Translations under genes and position numbers: made by a program
Shown: in pieces, positions 26,129-28,352 of the stretch
Numbering within the stretch: the first letter of the stretch is position 1
Layout of the letters: the number at the start of each line of letters is the position of its first letter
Virus record (IMG/VR): IMGVR_UViG_3300012267_000021
Location: 1 to 28,352 of that record
DNA from: a virus
Taxonomy: Duplodnaviria > Caudoviricetes
DNA: 28,352 nucleotides
Reading direction: 5' to 3' (one strand)
The notes under the pieces: generated by a model
What the model was told of the DNA's origin: nothing
What the model saw: the letters and a program-made list of their open reading frames with translations, nothing else
The model's database searches: none

Positions 26129-28351
26129 CTATAGGATGCGAATACCGCGATTTTCGTACACAGACTCGTTTTCTTCTTCTTGTATCCACCCGGCCAGGGC
26201 CATTAATGCTGAAACTATAGGGTCGATCTTAAGTCTATCGTGACTTTTTCTAGGGAAAACATTCCCGGCAGCGTCTTCTTTGCAAACCACATTACCTAAA
26301 CACCACCTCAAAAGAGGACTTCCATTGTGATGGAACCTTCTCTGTCTGATAAGAGCGTCCAGCGTTTTAGTAGGCTCAGACAAGTTTGCCGTATTCATTC
26401 TAAACTCCACCATATTTATTCTATGATTGTTCTTTAAATTCTGGGCGAGTTGAGTAGCGTTCCAGGGGTCATAATGCGCTGCGATTAACTTAAATCTCCT
26501 GGCATCTTTGACTACAGTTTCTTCAATTTGTGGATAATGAATAGCTTCGCCTGGGGTCTTATGTAAGTGGCCTTTTTCTACACACTCTTCAAACAAAGTA
26601 TTTGATATTTCTCTCAGTGTTTCTTCTGGAATATATGTGTCGTCAAACGCGTAGTAGTGCCATAGGCCATCTTCATGCATCTTTCTGAATAATTTGAAAT
26701 TAGATGCCAAGTCAATTTTAGAGGCCAAGTCTAGTCCGATAAAACATTTCTGGCCTCTGAAATCTTCGATGTCTAAAGTAGTGTCCTCACACAAGTCCCA
26801 CTTTTGTTGAGAATAAAATGCGCTGGCCTCTGAAATCCAAACATTGAAATGCTTTACTTTTAAGTTGGCCAGGTCGCTCGGAGTTACTCTCGCCTTATTT
26901 ACTTTCGCTTTAAAAGTCGTAGGGTCCACAGACTGGCCATAGTTAGGGTTGGCCTTAATCCATACATTCTCGTCAAACACATCGTCTTTGTCATCCAGAG
27001 TATAGACTAGTGAAAAGAACTGTTCGTCCCCTACCTCCCCAGTGGCCACCTTTTTTGCGTAACAAGACTGTGAATGCCCAATGGACTCTGTGTTAAACCC
27101 TGCCGTCGTAATACAAAGAAGGAGTGAGTCTCTTCGCTTACTCATACCCGAGGAAATAACTTCGAACACTTCTTTCTTCATTGCATGTAATTCGTCGCAT
27201 ATGCCGAGTGCGTCATTCAAACCGTCTAGTCCGTTCTGGTCAGAAGACAATGCTCTTATTTCTGAGAAAGAGGAAGTTTGTTCTATTTTGTGGGCCATCA
27301 CTTCAATGCCTTTCTTTCGTTTAAAGGACTCATTCTTTCTGGCCATTTCTCTGGCAGAGTCTAAAACAATTCTGGCCTGTTCTTTTCTAGTGGCCAAACA
27401 TGCCACTTTAGAGCCATTGCCGTTAAAGGCACAAAAATAAAGTGCCGTTTGAGATGCCATGGCCGAGTTGTGCGTAGGGATATAAGAGTCAGATATTAAG
27501 TAACTACTGTCTTTTGAATCTACTTCAACGCAAAACATCTCCTCAAACTCTTTGGTTTCCTCGACATCGACAATATATCTCTTATCTGCATACTTATAAG
27601 TTCCTTTGGACACTAGCTCTCTGTCCATAGGAGTGAAGTCTACTATGTAGTGTCTTTTATTATCCTCAGGTATGTTTTTCTCCACAAGAGTAGCTTTAAG
27701 ACCTAAAGAGCAGGCCAATATTCTAACTTTACGTGCTATGTCAATATCGCTGGAATAGTAGCGGCAACTACTGTCTTTAAATATACTTCCTCCCGAGTCG
27801 ATCAATCCTCTTAAAAGATCGAGTCTGTCCTTTTGAGGTATAAGCAGCCACTCTTCTTTAAACTTTCTCCCCTTTGACATATAGTTCCCAAGCCAATGAC
27901 CTACAAAATACGGAGATATTTTACTGTCTGTCCAGCTCCTACTTGCCGCCGTAGGAGAAGCATTTCCTACTGAGTGGTTAGTCTCTCCTCGCAATTTTAG
28001 ACTTTCTTTTATATCTAAAGCACTGACTACAGATTCATAACCAGATTGGGTAGGTTTCTTACCTCTTTGGTCTTTGTCGGAAGTAAACCATAAATGCCCG
28101 GAGCTGCATTTAACTACAGTGTTGTCCGAAAACTTGACCTTGTAGACTTTATATTTCTGTACAGGAGTTTTCCCAATTACTTTACACACTGAGCCATCTC
28201 TAGCATATAGTTCTGATCCGACTTCTATATCTCTCCATTCTTTAATCCCTTGAGGGGTAGGGACTATTTCATCGAGAGGGTGGGCCTTACCATTCCCTCT
28301 TGCAATTTCAATATGAGCTGTACGATACTTCCTAAATCCAGTCTCGTGAGA
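26129..28351 (-). CDS. terL: Terminase large subunit (5'-truncated by the window), intein-containing
   Basis: The frame is open beyond the track start to the window edge: ...FRKYRTAHIEIARGNGK|intein|SAMAS; Walker B ICDELH, ITTAG, WIKANPN, GLDLAS, YDPWNA, KIDPIVSALMA. Confidence 0.96.
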   Translation of the reverse strand, partial: SHETGFRKYRTAHIEIARGNGKAHPLDEIVPTPQGIKEWRDIEVGSELYARDGSVCKVIGKTPVQKYKVYKVKFSDNTVVKCSSGHLWFTSDKDQRGKKPTQSGYESVVSALDIKESLKLRGETNHSVGNASPTAASRSWTDSKISPYFVGHWLGNYMSKGRKFKEEWLLIPQKDRLDLLRGLIDSGGSIFKDSSCRYYSSDIDIARKVRILACSLGLKATLVEKNIPEDNKRHYIVDFTPMDRELVSKGTYKYADKRYIVDVEETKEFEEMFCVEVDSKDSSYLISDSYIPTHNSAMASQTALYFCAFNGNGSKVACLATRKEQARIVLDSAREMARKNESFKRKKGIEVMAHKIEQTSSFSEIRALSSDQNGLDGLNDALGICDELHAMKKEVFEVISSGMSKRRDSLLLCITTAGFNTESIGHSQSCYAKKVATGEVGDEQFFSLVYTLDDKDDVFDENVWIKANPNYGQSVDPTTFKAKVNKARVTPSDLANLKVKHFNVWISEASAFYSQQKWDLCEDTTLDIEDFRGQKCFIGLDLASKIDLASNFKLFRKMHEDGLWHYYAFDDTYIPEETLREISNTLFEECVEKGHLHKTPGEAIHYPQIEETVVKDARRFKLIAAHYDPWNATQLAQNLKNNHRINMVEFRMNTANLSEPTKTLDALIRQRRFHHNGSPLLRWCLGNVVCKEDAAGNVFPRKSHDRLKIDPIVSALMALAGWIQEEENESVYENRGIRIL
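27467..28285 (-). mobile_element. Intein (273 aa, Ala1, class-3 signature) with degenerate LAGLIDADG endonuclease remnant
   Basis: Starts AHPLDEIVPTPQG; block B KCSSGHLW; block F MFCVEV; ends IPTHN before Ser+1; removal restores Walker A GNGKS. Confidence 0.93.
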
Positions 28352-28352
28352 C

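Noticed and set aside
4001-27440. Plus-strand ORFs in the track (e.g. 9117..9650, 21011..21613, 23114..23527) and minus-strand 11813..12013
   Set aside because: They are antisense or out-of-frame shadows of well-supported genes, with no recognisable motifs.
26129-28189. Track start (MCKVIG) as the true terminase start, or a free-standing endonuclease gene
   Set aside because: The frame continues upstream through the intein N-terminus and Walker A to the window edge.
1-28352. Stop-codon reassignment (many genes end in TAG)
   Set aside because: Genes are full length under the standard code and TAG falls at expected protein ends.

Overview
The window is a contiguous, entirely minus-strand morphogenesis region of a tailed dsDNA phage (HK97-type head, lambda/T1-like non-contractile tail). 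Transcription runs right to left through: large terminase (5' end cut off, carrying an Ala1 class-3-type intein with a decayed LAGLIDADG domain in Walker A), ClpP-like prohead protease, major capsid protein, two small head-associated genes, portal (displaced downstream of the capsid), a ~7.4 kb block of collagen/fibre/decoration-like genes, neck genes, tail tube, tail assembly chaperone with a -1 frameshift, tape measure, Dit, hub, NlpC/P60, gpJ-like tip, a fibre protein, and a last, truncated gene with an apparent signal peptide. No rRNA, tRNA, CRISPR, integrase or reverse transcriptase was recognised. Calls come from motif recognition and synteny only; no searches were run and the host cannot be determined. 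The most notable points are the modular accessory fibre cassette, a short motif shared by the collagen fibre and the tail tip, the signal-peptide gene after the fibre, a double hairpin with anti-Shine-Dalgarno-like loops, and the intein.
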